Below the pieces are notes generated by a model that saw only the letters and a list, made by a program, of their open reading frames with translations, was not told where the DNA came from and searched no databases. A stretch of DNA of 64,000 nucleotides, taken from assembly GCA_050273025.1 (NCBI GenBank), contig CP158636.1, positions 4,898,001 to 4,962,000 on the forward strand, read 5' to 3'. Every line of letters begins with the position of its first letter. Positions within the stretch are counted from its first letter, which is position 1. Of the stretch, positions 12,690 to 25,700 are shown one piece after another. This DNA is from Cenococcum geophilum. Taxonomy: Eukaryota. Position numbers and translations under genes: made by a program.

Positions 12690-15447
12690 TGTTAGGTAAA
12701 ACCTAAGTAGATAGTTATATAGCCGTAAGGTACGGGCGACCCTAGGGCAACCCAGGGGTGACTCGCCCGTAAGGTACGTGCTCTATACATACCTAGGGAA
12801 AACCCTTCCTACCTCGCACACAGACTCCTCCTTTTCCCTTAAGGATTTGTCTCTGTCTATACAATATACCTATTATTCTATTATTAGACTCCCTATCTAT
12901 ATCCTTACCTTATATTTAAATCCTTACTAATCCCCTTAGGAGGATAGCCGGTTTAATTTTTCTATAATGCCTCTGAAAAGAAAACCAACGCCTATACCCG
13001 ACAGTAATACACTGGCGATATAACTGCAAAACGCCTTAGGATCTAATGTAGACGAAACCGCTAAAAGCATACTAGTAGTATCTAAGCCATTTTCTAAATC
13101 CTAAAATAATTAAATATCTATAAGCGCTAGAGACTAGTTTAACTTATATACCTAGGCTTAACAGGAGCTTAATAAGGTTACTAGTGTTCTACCTAATACC
13201 GCTAATATAAAGGAGCTAGATAAGCTGGCTAAGAAAATAGCCAACTTATAGAGCATTATTAATTTAATAAAGCTCTTTTATCGCCTTTTTAGTAAAGAGC
13301 ACAAGTTATATAGCGAACGTATACGCTAATTAAATCTCAACGCCCTAGTTAAGAAGTTACTAGCTAATATTAGCGGTACTACTTAATAGCATTTTAACTG
13401 GTGGATTACCGCAGTTAAAAACTAATTCGAGGTTAATAACGCTAATTATAACTATAAGTAATATACGCGCTAGGCCATTAAAGGTCTTATAAAAGAAAAG
13501 ACAATTACCTAACTAGTTTATTGCCGGTTAGGTACTAAGGATAAGGGTCCTTTACTATAGGATAAGTTTAAGACTATAGTCTAAGACTAGATTAGGAACC
13601 CTATAGTAAGACGCTTTAATAACGCTATAATATACTATACGGCTATTATAAAGGAGAACTAAAGGTTTAACGTTTTTCTAGCCCGTATACGTAGCTTAGA
13701 GGACCTCTTCTTTTATACCCCTTTTATTAATCCTAAATAATAGGTAGACTTTTAGTTCTTATATCTCCTAGCCTATTTATAAGCAGAGCTTTTCCGCCAG
13801 AACTTTGCCTAACGGGTAAAAACTACTAAAAACCTCTTTAACGAAATCCGCTGTGTAGAGTAATTACTTAATACCACAAAGCTTACGGAAGATCGCGTAA
13901 ATAGTAGCGGTAAATTATTGCGTATAAAGCGTGGTTGCAGTATAGGCTTTATAGACTTAGGCTTAGGGAACAGAACCTAAAAAGGGCAACGCTTTTTTAA
14001 GTAAACTCTTAAGAAGACTACCTAAAAGCCAGATAGCTTAGGGGACCCCCTAGATACTAGTACTATATACGCAAGTTAAAGGACCATAGGTGGCTGTCAT
14101 GCGATGCGCTACCCATACCTGCGGTATGGGCTGGAGAGCTTATAAGGCATTCCAACCGGCAGCCCGTCCAGTCGCGAGACACTGCTGCTACCTTTTTGGT
14201 AGTTTGTATGGTTAAGTGGGTTGGGCTTGGGCATAATAGTGGCCACTGCAAGGAATACTAAAAGTAGGCTAATAGAGAGAAGTTAGCTCGGCCTTTAGAA
14301 AACCCAAAGCCCTAATAGCGCATCTCTTTTAACTGTAACTAGGGCCTAATATAGAGGGAAAGAAGAAACGTATTGTGGTATATATTGTAATAGATACGCC
14401 CTAGGGCGAAGTCCGCCTATATGCTTTATATAATAATAGGTACTAAATTAACCTTATTAATTAAGACGTCGTCTGTAGGTTTAACCTACCTATATACTAC
14501 GCGCTATATTTATATAAACCTTTTATACGTTTCCTTAATAGTAACCAGATAACAATCTAGAATGCTTATAATTTAATAGTTACTACTAGCGACTCCTAGG
14601 GTACCTCTTGCACTATTAGCCCGCAGACCTTTTAGGGCGGCTTATTTAATAGTTATAATATAGTTCTTAGATAGGATTGGCTCGCGGAAGTAGATCTATT
14701 AATTAGCTTCCGTTCTAGATAGTTTATTTAGGGTACTTTAGACCCTAAACGCCTCTAAATAGTTACCTTTAACGCTCTCTTAGTAGATATTAAGGCTAGT
14801 AAAATAGTTTATTCGCTATAGCTAGAAGACTTCTTTTTTACGCCGGTTGTAAATATAATAGAGGACCTGTTGTTACTAGTAGCGAGTACCCGTACAGACC
14901 CTTTAGATATAGAGATACCGGTTATAAATATAGTAGAGGACCTGCCGTTATTAGTAGTAAGTACCTATAAAGACCCTCCGGTACTAGCGCAGATTACCTA
15001 TATATAAGGGGGAGGTAATTAAAACCCTAAAACTATTAAGTATACTATAGTAGAGCTATATACACTCTTAGTGCGAGTATACCTATAAAACGCATATCGG
15101 CTATACCCTTCTTTTTACTAGCTTCTAGAAGTACACTACTATATAATAATTGCTTTAACCTTTATAGCCCCTAGCCTGCTAAATATATATAAAAAGGAAA
15201 TTAATATTTTCTTTAATAAGCTAGCAAGCATACTACCGCAGAACTCTAAGTATAACCATATAATTAACTTAAAAGAAGGCAAGACGCCACTATAAATGCC
15301 CCTCTATAACCTCTTATAAAAAGAGTTATAGATCTTATAAGAGTATCTAAATAGTGCTCTTTAAAAGGGCTGGATTAGGCCTAATAAGTCGCCTACTAGA
15401 GCGCCTATTCTTTTCGTGCTAAAAGTAAACAGTATGATGCGGCTATA
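12690..15447 (+). mobile_element. Gypsy B, 5' part (probable LTR 12690-12914, gag from ~12967, protease ~14420, start of RT)
   Basis: TG-starting LTR-like block. RT start KGWIRP.KSP.GAPILFVPK.DG.MRL ends at 15447, exactly where the Gypsy A LTR begins. The second LTR is outside the window. Confidence 0.82.
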
Positions 15448-18400
15448 TATAACGAAGCCTTATAGTAAGAACTACGGTGGACTTAATAATGGGCTAGGTA
15501 TATAGGTAAACAAGAAGTTAACAACGTAGTAATAACTGGTAGAGTGGTTGCCTAATAGATTAACTCTAATTATATTCTAAGATTCACTATAAAGGAGAGA
15601 ACTATCTAGGTAGGGACTATGGTCCTTTAAATACACAACTATACTTCTAAGAAATCCCCTTAGTATGTAAGGTATATATACTCTATCTACTCTATTATAG
15701 ATTATATAGATCCTATAGATTATATAGATCACGTTATATAACCTTAGCTACTATTCCTTATTATATAGCTCTATTGGCTCTATTCTAGACCGTGCCTAAA
15801 TTAACTAACTAGCTTCTTTTAACTCTTCTCTAAGTAGTCGTAATATTATACTTAAAGCGTCCATAACACTATCTCCCTTCTTTTTATTTTCGTTCTTAAA
15901 GATTCCTAATATCTCTAAGTTATTTACTAGAGGTGTAATATCCGTCTAATTAATTTAGTTAATATTATTACTTATTATACCTAAAGCTCTTTCTACTTCT
16001 TTAACCGTCTGTTATACTTACACTATTACTACAGTATTATCTTTTAGTAAGATTATGTTATCTCCGTATTCTTGCTATTTAAAAGAGGGGTTAGTCTATA
16101 TTACGTTAGCGAGTCCATCTTTATAATAACCGTCCTCTTACTTAGAGTATACTAAAGCGAATATTTATTTATCCTATAACGTTTGCTTTATCTTTAATAC
16201 TAAATATACGTAACCTATTACTCTTAATAGTCGTCTAGTTCCTTAATTAATTTATCTTAGGGTTTTATATTTAATCTACTGCTACACAGCTAGATAATAA
16301 ACTATCCGTTACTCTAGCTAAGTTATATTATTCTTATAATACTAAATAAGAGGCTGCCGATGCTTAATAATAGGCCCTTAACTCTTGTCTTGCTGCATCT
16401 ACTTAGTTAATCCATCTTAAGAAGGTTTGTGAGAAGGTTTATTTTAAAAAGTAGAAATTTATAGAATAAGGTTTATAGGAACTTAGTAATAAAAAAACGG
16501 GTTTTCTTCTAACTAAAAAGAAAATAGATCTAAGTAGCTCAGCAACTACTCTTCTTAGGTCCCCCTTAAGTAACTTATTCTTTAGTAATCCTTTTTTATT
16601 AATACTACCTAACCTAATCTCTTCTAATACTCCTATACCTTTCCTATAGCATTCTTTAAATTCTCTAGTAGCTCTTAGGTAGTCTTATTATAGCCTATCT
16701 ACTTAACTTTATACTATATTTTATTATTAATGTCCTTATAACTAATAATCTTTAAAACTTACTATTTGTTTTCTTCTTATCCTTTATATATATCTGCTTT
16801 ATAAACTAGTAGCTTAATATTCCTATATACTAGCTCTAGTATTATAATGTACTATATAGGGTAGATCTTTATCCTAGCTAGTAGGTTTAACTTAAACATA
16901 ACTAGTAAAATCCTCTAAATAATTTTAAAAGGTCCTAGCCTAACATAGTCTAACTTCTTACTTAGTTATTAACTCTTAAAATTTTTATATAGTAGCTATA
17001 CTTTATCTCTCTCCTTAAGATCTGGTCCCTTAGATCTCTTAGCATTATAGTACTTTTTTATTCTCTCTTATACTTTCTTTACTAATTCTATAAGGTCTGC
17101 ATAAAGATTTATTAGCGTCTTTATTCTTTCTTTAGCTATACTACTTATTTTCTTTTCTTACCGTAGTAATAATAATATTCTTAGCTTATATCCATAATTT
17201 GCCTTAAATAGTAATATGCCTATTTCTTCCTATAGTATTATATTATATATAAACTATATAACTAGTAATAGCAATACCTAATTATTCTATACATAATTAA
17301 TATAATACCTTAGATACTGCTCTAGCGTCTAATTTAATCTTTCTATTTAACTATCTGTCTATAGATAATATATGGTAAAAGTTACTACTTAAACTCCTTA
17401 CTCCGCTAAGAATACCTCCTAAAATACTGCTATAAATTTTAGATCCCTGTCCAATATAATTTTACTTAGTGCTTTATATCTTATAAACACTTCTTTAATA
17501 TAAATTTTAGCGACATCTTCCGCTAAGATTTCTTCCGTATATACTATAAAGTATCCCTACTTTATAAGCTTATCCACTATTACTAAGATTGCGTTATAAT
17601 TTTGTCCGGTAATAGGATCTCTTAACTTTAGTAACTTAATAATAAAGTCCTATAATATAACCTCCTATAGTCTCTCTAGTATTTTAATAGGTTGTAGCCC
17701 TTTATATAGCTTATACCTTATTAGTTTATTCCTTTATTACTTTTCTTGCGATATTCTAGATTCCGTTAATAATATATTCCTCTTAAAGTCTTAACACTAA
17801 GCCTATTACTCTATTATGCCCTTAAGTTATTCCCTTATAGAAATCCTTTATAAAATACTCTGCTATACTTTTTAGGATATACTTTACTTCCCTATATTTA
17901 TATAGTATTTCTTTTTCTAGATATTCTAACTGTTCCTCTAGCTATGCTTTAAAGATTCTTTATGCCTAAAAGCTTTCTAGTGTTTTATAGACTCTTCCTA
18001 GTTTATTATCCTCTTAAGTTGCTACTAGTTTAGGGTAATTATATCTAATTAATCCGTCCTTATCTCTGCGTAGTATTACTCCTAATAGTTTTTTATTATT
18101 CTATAGTTTAGCTTTTCTACTAAGTGCGTCTACTCTTATATTTTTAGTTCCTTTAGTATACTAAATCTTAAAATGGTATTTTATAAGTATCTCTGCCTAT
18201 TTAACCTATCTTTAATTAAGTTCTTTTATTATTAGGAACCCTATTAAGTTTTTATAATCTATCTTAACTATAAATAGTTTCTCTACGCCTTATAAGAATG
18301 CTCTCTATTCCTTAAGTACTATAACTATCCCTAATAACTCCTTATTATAAACGTTATAGTTTAACTCTAGTAGTGTTATCTTTCTACTATAGTATGCCAC

Positions 18401-18745
18401 TAGATGCTATACGTCCTTATACTTTTATAGCAAATATGCTCTTAGTACGTAGTCTAATATATCTATTTCTATAACCGTATCTAGTTCTAGTTAATAGATT
18501 TTAAGGATTAGCTTTTAGGTAAACAACTCCTTAAGTTCTTTAAATAACTTTTTTTATTTATCTCCCTATACCTATAGTTCCTTTTTCTTTATAAGCCTAG
18601 TAAACGGTTTAATATTCTTTAACTATTATACTATAAACCTTCTGTAGTAGTTGCAAAACCCTAAAAATAACCTTAATTACGTTATATTCTCTAGTTCTTA
18701 CCAACTTACTATAGCTTTAATCTTCTTTAGGTCCATACTAATATA
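15448..18745 (-). mobile_element. Gypsy A copy 2, 3' half (rest of RT, RNase H, integrase, chromodomain, 3' LTR 15448-15868)
   Basis: Minus strand from 18745 reads xISMDPKKI.AIV.W, the direct continuation of GFIIxPG at 8350. 15448-17860 is the reverse complement of 1-2432. Confidence 0.9.
16030..16650 (+). pseudogene. Antisense accessory ORF of Gypsy A copy 2 (six-Cys motif, probable intron, coiled coil)
   Basis: From ~16050, de-RIP EIMPSPCSRC.KEGLVCIALASPSSRQPSSCSECTKANIRSSCDVRS, followed by a heptad-like charged helix. Limits approximate. Confidence 0.55.
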
Positions 18746-19592
18746 TCAGCCTTGATGAGGTGAAAGACGGAATACAACACTCTCTACAACATAGGACCAG
18801 CCTAGCAGCTGTGTGCGTTCACCATTATGCCGCAGAGTCCGTCGTATATGGGATGACGGAGAAGGCATGCAAAGAAGTACAGATATTGGAGTACAAAGGC
18901 TATTGAGAAGTGCAAGCAGAGTGTGTCAGATGAGGATCTCATGCGCGCTGTACGTGATGCGGAATAGAAGAATCAGTAACAATGGAATAGCACTCCAGTC
19001 GGACTTGGCAGCACACAGTGCCGAAGCTATACAGCCAGCGCGATACGTTGCATCGCGTCTCTTTTATGTACTCAACTTAACTCAATCCAATTCGTTCATC
19101 GACTCTATCAAGCACACGTTCGCAACCCGTCTCCTCACCACCCCTTGCTCAATATCAGTTGCTGCTACCCTCTATAAATCCTTCATCAAAATCTCGTCTT
19201 GGGCACTGCGGCCGCGGCCGAGAATGGCTGCGCTCGCATCTTCCATGTTCCCTTTGCTTTCTTCCACCTGAACTCTACACCACGATTCTCGGCTATGGTC
19301 CGCTATTTGAGTCCTCGCTCTTCATATTTATGCCCGTATCGCTTAGTCTCATTGGAAGACTTTGTTAGGGCAGCTGAGTTTTGGAAAGTGTGAAGATGCT
19401 TGGGAGGGATGACTCAGAATGGAGGCATGAGATGGATAGGGGAATTTACAGAGGGTAGTATACATTTGCTCGCCGTCCTATCTAGTATCTATCACAAAAG
19501 AAAAGATGATCTCAACAACCAGAAGCACAAATGTACAACTCCATTACAAACACATCACCGTAACCTAATACACTCAATGTCACGCATTTCCC

Positions 19593-21143
19593 TCAAAGCG
19601 CCCCCTCCGCCCCTTCCTGAACCTCAAAAGACTTACACTTAACCGGACACAAAGTATCCGGCGGCGGCAACTCTCCCGTTTCCATAAACTTCGTCGAATG
19701 GTTTGTTGTGCACTCCGACACTGCGACCTGCAGCCCGTGGCCAACAGCGTCCTGGGCCAGGACGACCGAGTCTTGGGAGAAAGCGGACATTTTGTGGGCG
19801 CTGGAGGCGACGGGATCGATGCGGTTGGTTGTGAAGAGGAGGGGGTTGCTGGTTTGGGTTTTGTTGAAGCCTGGTTGGGGAGTTAGTTTGGGCAGACAGA
19901 CGGGCTGGGTGGGTAGAGAAGAAGGGGATTGGAAATGGGAGAGACGGAACGAGCTGGGACTCACCAGGGAAGATCTGAGTCCACGTACGAGCTCAAACCA
20001 TTCACCTCGTCGATGCACTGCCGGAACCGCTCTGGACTGGAGATATTGTAGTTTCCATGCTGATCGTTGCACGCGATGATTAGCTTGGGCTGGATAATGC
20101 TACTCCTCGCTATGCCAGTCCGAAATCGAAGGGAATTAGTAGCCCCGGTAGAATTGAAAAGGGAGAGAAGATGCATTGCGCGAAGCCTCGATCTTGGACA
20201 TGAGCGTTGCAAATTCGGGGAAGAGGACGATGGAAGAGTACAGAGTGATCAAGAGCTTGCTGCGGAGGTCTATACCCCGGACGGTAGCGGGTAACTACAC
20301 CCAGTTCGGATCAGTGACCGAGATGGGTTGTCGTCCAGATCGGCGAGCAGGGCGTCAAAGCGCTTCCCGATTTCTTCGGGCGAGGAGTCGTTCTAGAAGA
20401 AGGGGCAGTTGGTCCGGCTTCGAGGCAGAATTTGTTGAATGCTGCGACCGCTTCGTCGGCTTGCAGAATGGTTTGTGTCCAGCCTCCACCATAGTGATCC
20501 TCAACATCAACGATGCCGTCGATAATCATATGCCCCACGCGCTCCGGCCAGAGCGCCGCAAACGTCGTTGCAAGCGTAGATCCATAACTCACGCCGAAGA
20601 AATCGAGCTTGGACTTCCCGCGCGGCTTGCCTTGACTCTCAGCCAGAAGCTCGGTGTGGTACAGCATATCATGCGCCGTCGCCGGCGTGTTAGCGTATTT
20701 TGCGTCTTGCGACAAGGTCCGACCGCACCATTCGCCGAAGCCTCCCGCATCGGTCCAGTGCTCTTTGACGGAAATGGGGCGCCGCGGGTTGTACTTGGAA
20801 TAGTACTGGCCGTCATAGTAGTCGCGCAATGACGGGTCTTCTTCAAAGCAATCGATGTTGGGGCCGCTATTGTTGACACCGCGCGGGTCAGTACCGATGA
20901 GATTGTACGATGTGCCCATTATGCTTGTGAGCGTTGCGTGCGGGCTCAGAACATAGTTGACGCCCGAGCCACCAGGGCTGGCGGGATTGGTGATGGCGTC
21001 GCCCAGAGCGGGTTGTTTGGCGGCTGGAAACTTGATGAATGCGACGCTTGTGGCACCTGCAGACGTGTTCTCGTAGTCCAATGGAACCTCCAAATTGACG
21101 CAGGTGAAGTTTTGGTAGCAGCCTTGCGTGAAAGTGACATTTA
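19593..21143 (-). pseudogene. TAP-like (tripeptidyl aminopeptidase / peptidase S33-type) alpha/beta hydrolase pseudogene
   Basis: Motifs C.NLEVPLDY, NP..PGGSG, DPRGV, nucleophile GVSYG (20581-20595), IIDG and C-terminal DPV...GH...SEC...GELP...C. Frameshifts near 20410 and 20325, TAG stops at 20393-20395 and 20295-20297, and no N-terminal signal exon visible. Confidence 0.85.
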
Positions 21144-21217
21144 AAATCTTCTATGATTTCATATGTATCCGGGTTTCCAAATTTGTCACTGATCTCCTCC
21201 ATCTCCTCCAACACTGC

Positions 21218-22396
21218 CTAGCAGTCTCGAAGATATAAATCTGCAGATTTAAGCAAATCCATTGGCAGAATATGCTCCAGCTCTCGACCGGGATTCTTGA
21301 AGTATGCGATACACCTAGTCGATCCTCTAACTGCGGCCAAAAGAACGTAGGGTAGAAGAGGAGCCCATTCAGCGCGAAATTGTGCCTCTTGGCTGGCAGG
21401 AATGAGTGGCGGGCCGTTGAAGTGATCAATTATGTTCGCTCGCTCAGTTGACGACAAGCTTCGGCTTCGCATGGTGAAATCGAAGAAGTGCTCCACTCCG
21501 CTTTCGGTCTCATGCTCATGCACGTACTCTAGAGCCCTGATTGCGACGTCGATGTCCCGTTTTGCTGTCGGGTCGGCTGCGAAAGCTTTTGCCCAGATAT
21601 CGACGAGCATGTGGCGGACACGATCCATTGACCGCCAGAAAACCCGACCACGTCTACCTTTGTACTCTACACAGTCGGAATATACGGGAAGAAACATCTC
21701 TTTCTTTTCGTAAGGCCACACTAGGCCTATTGCAACAATCCACCCACCTCGTTTCTCGTCACCCTTCTTGACAACGCTGTCGTTCCCGGGATCTTTCAGC
21801 AATGGCGGATATCCGTCAAGAAGACGATGCACGTAGTCTTTTGTGTACGTCCTCTCTAGCTGGCCTTCAAGGTGGAGGAGAACAAGGTCTGGGCCCATCT
21901 TCTGAATGTTGATTTTGGCGCTGCCGATATCTAAAGTTGATCTGGCAATCCGATTCCCCTCTGGTTGCCAACGGCCGTGTTTGGCGGTCATGAAGATAAA
22001 CCCCAAAATGACTTTTAAGTCCACATGCAAGAACTGTCTTGCCACAGGAAGTGTTTGGGACTTAACTTCCAGCCGAGTGAGAGCCTGTGGATCCCAGTGG
22101 TTGATCACCCCTTCGAGGGTTACTTCCCAGCATCGCGAGCCTGGCACATGAGGTTTCCCATGACAACCGGGTTGCCACGGGTTCCCGCACTGGTGAAGGG
22201 GGCCATCAAGGGCATCTGACCAGAATCTCGTCCCGCAAGTTCCGTCCCCCGGTTGAATCGCCACCCGTGCGCGGCGTCCCGTAGAGCTGAGCAGCCTCCC
22301 ACCTCGGTCAGTGAGGGCCAGGGCTCCGAATGCGATGGAGGAAGCAATGACTCCTGAATAGGCGGATAGAGACGACAAAAAGTTTTCAGATGGCAT
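21218..22396 (-). CDS. Hypothetical protein, 392 aa (N-terminal hydrophobic helix, Cys/His cluster at aa ~54-89)
   Basis: Intact single-exon ATG-to-stop ORF in GC-balanced non-RIP DNA with protein-like composition. No domain recognised. Confidence 0.8.
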   Translation of the reverse strand: MPSENFLSSLSAYSGVIASSIAFGALALTDRGGRLLSSTGRRARVAIQPGDGTCGTRFWSDALDGPLHQCGNPWQPGCHGKPHVPGSRCWEVTLEGVINHWDPQALTRLEVKSQTLPVARQFLHVDLKVILGFIFMTAKHGRWQPEGNRIARSTLDIGSAKINIQKMGPDLVLLHLEGQLERTYTKDYVHRLLDGYPPLLKDPGNDSVVKKGDEKRGGWIVAIGLVWPYEKKEMFLPVYSDCVEYKGRRGRVFWRSMDRVRHMLVDIWAKAFAADPTAKRDIDVAIRALEYVHEHETESGVEHFFDFTMRSRSLSSTERANIIDHFNGPPLIPASQEAQFRAEWAPLLPYVLLAAVRGSTRCIAYFKNPGRELEHILPMDLLKSADLYLRDC

Positions 22397-22700
22397 GGTC
22401 CTCGCACTGTCCGGTTAATTTTATTGGCCGTCTCAATAAGTCTCGGTGAAGATGCGCAAAGTAGTGGACGGCAAGATAGCCAGGCTACAGCATGTATATA
22501 TCTATGCTACGTTGTACAAGGCTGAAAGGACACTGCTCGCTAGATTTGGGGCTGTATGGGCTGTTTTGGATAGCGCCGTGGCTGTGGCTGTGCAATCACA
22601 GCCAACTCTGATGTCGCGATAAGCCTTTTCAGCCTGACCTCTTCTACCTACTTCCTCACCTTCCACCTCAATTTACGTACCCACAATCTTTTTCCCGATC
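22397..22700. promoter_or_regulatory. Probable bidirectional promoter (304 bp) between divergent genes
   Basis: Head-to-head ATGs at 22396 and 22701; TATATA at ~22496; pyrimidine-rich tract upstream of 22701; inverted repeat TGGCTGTG-caat-CACAGCCA at 22585-22604. Confidence 0.55.
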
Positions 22701-25700
22701 ATGCCACTACACCTTGAAGAAGAGTTATTACAAGCAATAAGAGAAAATGACACCGCGGCCGTTGAGATGTTGTTTCGGGCTAGCGCAGATCCCAACGCGG
22801 GGCTGTTTGGAGACGACACTGCGATTTCGCTCGCCATCAAGAGTGGAAATGAAGATATCCTAGACCTCATCCTCCAAAGGCATCCGATATGTTGCATGGT
22901 AGAGGAATATGCCAGCAAGCAACCACGTCGTCCAACCGCCCGATCGAAATACCTCCAGATCTCGAAAGACTTCGCTGTACAACTGGCCGTTGTCCTCATC
23001 TGTGTCTACGCTCTCAGGTCACTTGCCGTCGTGCTACCGGAGGGGGTTTGGCAGACTTTGTTCATGTACGCAAGCCACTACCTTTGGTTCGTCTATCGAT
23101 GTTGGCATTTCAATTCCCAATCCGTCGTCCGCCTGATGGACTGTTATCGGGATCCATGGTATCACTTTACCACTTTCTTCTGGATAAGCGTCTCGTTTAG
23201 ACTTTACGCCTGGATTTGCTATAGTATACTGCCTTCTGTATCAATCCCCTGGGTACGGCCGAACTATCTTCGTGACCTTGCTTTTGCGTTCCCCATCCGC
23301 GCCGCTGTCGATTTGATCGCCACTGCAATTCCCAAGATAGCCACTCTGGTTGGACTGCATAGGCCACAGAATCATCGTTGGAGTGGCCCGCTTCCCCAGC
23401 ACTTCGACCCAAGGAGATGGAGATCGCCAGCAGAGAAAGCTTTCGAATCGTTGTACCAGTCAGACTCTGTCACTGAATCAGTGGTTTTGAAGCTCTTACA
23501 GGCGGATATGCTAGCCTCCCATCCATACAGAAACTCCAAAATAGCCAGTCGGCTCTTCGAGCTCGCCGTAGATCGATGTTGGCCGGAGCTGACGAGATAT
23601 CTTCTGTTCAATGGTGTTCCAGTTGAGGAAGAGATACTGTCAGCATCAGAAACACTCAGATGGCCGTCTGTCATCGACGCAATCACATATACTTCGCCAT
23701 CCGAGCCACTGCATTATCTATCCAAGCAATATTGGCATAGTAAGGAAGTCCACCCTTACATGGAAAGCCGCCTCTATAGATCCACACCATACAGCTTGTT
23801 TTTGAATCTGGCGCAATCAAGTACGTTTCAATCCCTTGCAACATCTGAGGACGCAGGCGACAGGGAAGCTTGCAAGAAGATGATGGCCATTTTGCTCGCT
23901 GCTGGAGCAAACCCGCTTTTAACTGACTCCCGCCAACAAGATTCCCTGTCACTCTTGGCTGGTACAGCGTGCTCACCAGACATCCTTCAATGCATGGCTT
24001 CGCTATGGAACGAAGTAAGAGCGCGTCTTGAATCATACAGCGGTACCACCGACATTCGCTCTCTCGCACTCCATCGGGCCCTCAATGCTATACATCCGAA
24101 TTTGGAGTTTATAGAAATAATTCTGAACATTGGCATATCTTCAGACTGGGAGAACGATCAGGGGAGAACCCCCCTTTTCAAAGCAGCGTACATGAATGGA
24201 TCCACCGACGCCATGAAGCTTCTACTGGACGCTGGCGCAGATCCCGACAACGGAGGTAGCCGCGGATATCCTCCCATTTTGCGAACATTGGACGATGCTA
24301 GTTTCGAGAAATTTGCATTTTTCTTGGAAAATGGAGCGAACCCTAACGCGACTGATCCACACGGCAAGACCGTTTTGGAGTCCGTCATGGATGACGCTTC
24401 ATCATTGACCGTTCTCAAGTACCAGGCGACAGAGCTGCTTCTAGATAGCGGTGCCATTGTGTTCGATACGGTGACAGAATCCGCACCAGCGTTCCTTGCC
24501 GCTGCACAGCAGCTCAATAGTGCTGGCTGGAGCGAGGCAGTCCTTGACCTTCTACTCGCTGAAATTCCCCAAGAGAACAAGCAAGATCAACTCAACATTG
24601 CTCTAAACATGGCAATTAACAACAATAAACGGGGACCAGACCATTTCACCGTGTTCTATCTCCTTCGACACGGTGCAGACCCTGCATCCGTAGATAGCGG
24701 AATCGACTCGCTACTTCAATTCGTTTGTTCTATCCAGTCTTGGGATCACGAATACCGAGAGGAGATGCGGGAGCTTCTGAATTTTCCGAAACTTGATGTC
24801 AATGCAGTGTTTCACAATGGAAAAACCCCTCTCCATCAAGCTATTGAGGGCGGCAGTCGAGACTTTGTGCTGCTCCTACTCCAGCAAGGGGCTGATCCCA
24901 ACGCGCAAGACGCGGATGGATTGACACCACTGCAACTACTTTGCTCGAAGAAGCCGCGTAATTACAACATCTCCATGAGTTCAGAAGAAGTAGAAAGCGG
25001 CGGTGCTGACGAACAGTATGCCGGCGTTCGCGGACAAGCAGCCTGGGGTCATATTTCCCGAACCATATTGCGAACGATCAAGTGCAACCTTTCAGATGAA
25101 GAAATATTCCAAGCCCTCGCGGACCACGGCGCAGACATAAACGGCAAGGACGAGTTCGGTCAAACGACCTTGATGTTGGGGCGCGAGAATGGCAATTCGG
25201 TCATTGCTGCAAACATCCTGTACCGCTTAGGAGAGGATAAGGCGCAAGAAGCCATAGTAACAACCTGCAGTGGGGTAAAGGACGAAGTTTCAGCGATGCA
25301 CTTGGCCGCAAAGAATGGAGACGTTACTACGCTCAAAGTCCTCCTCAACCCTCAAAACATCTTCCACTCATACTCAAACACATGGAGGCAAAAGGCAGCT
25401 CAAGATGAAGAACTGCTTAGAGAACAAAAGCTTACCGAGAGCGAAGCATCTGCGGCGGTGCGGAAAATGAAGCAGCAGGCAACACACTACGGTCACACCG
25501 TCGCTGCGGTTCCGTCATTTCTTCGGCACGCCTCCATAGGTTTTTACCAGCACGACGAAATCACGTTCACGGTTGGCGACGCAAAGCGTTGCATGGATGA
25601 AAGGATATGCCTTCCCAACGTTTCAGTATCCACTTGGACACTTGAAAAGACATCCTTAATGCCTCAAGATGCAAAGTCCAAAACTCCGCTGCATTATGCT

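Noticed and set aside
18813..19393. Short overlapping ORFs (152, 69 and 64 aa) at the left of the island
   Set aside because: Non-ATG or short, with no recognisable motif. A minus-strand gene remnant is possible but could not be supported.
19698..21144. Plus-strand ORFs (123, 218, 75 aa and others)
   Set aside because: Antisense shadows of the hydrolase pseudogene.
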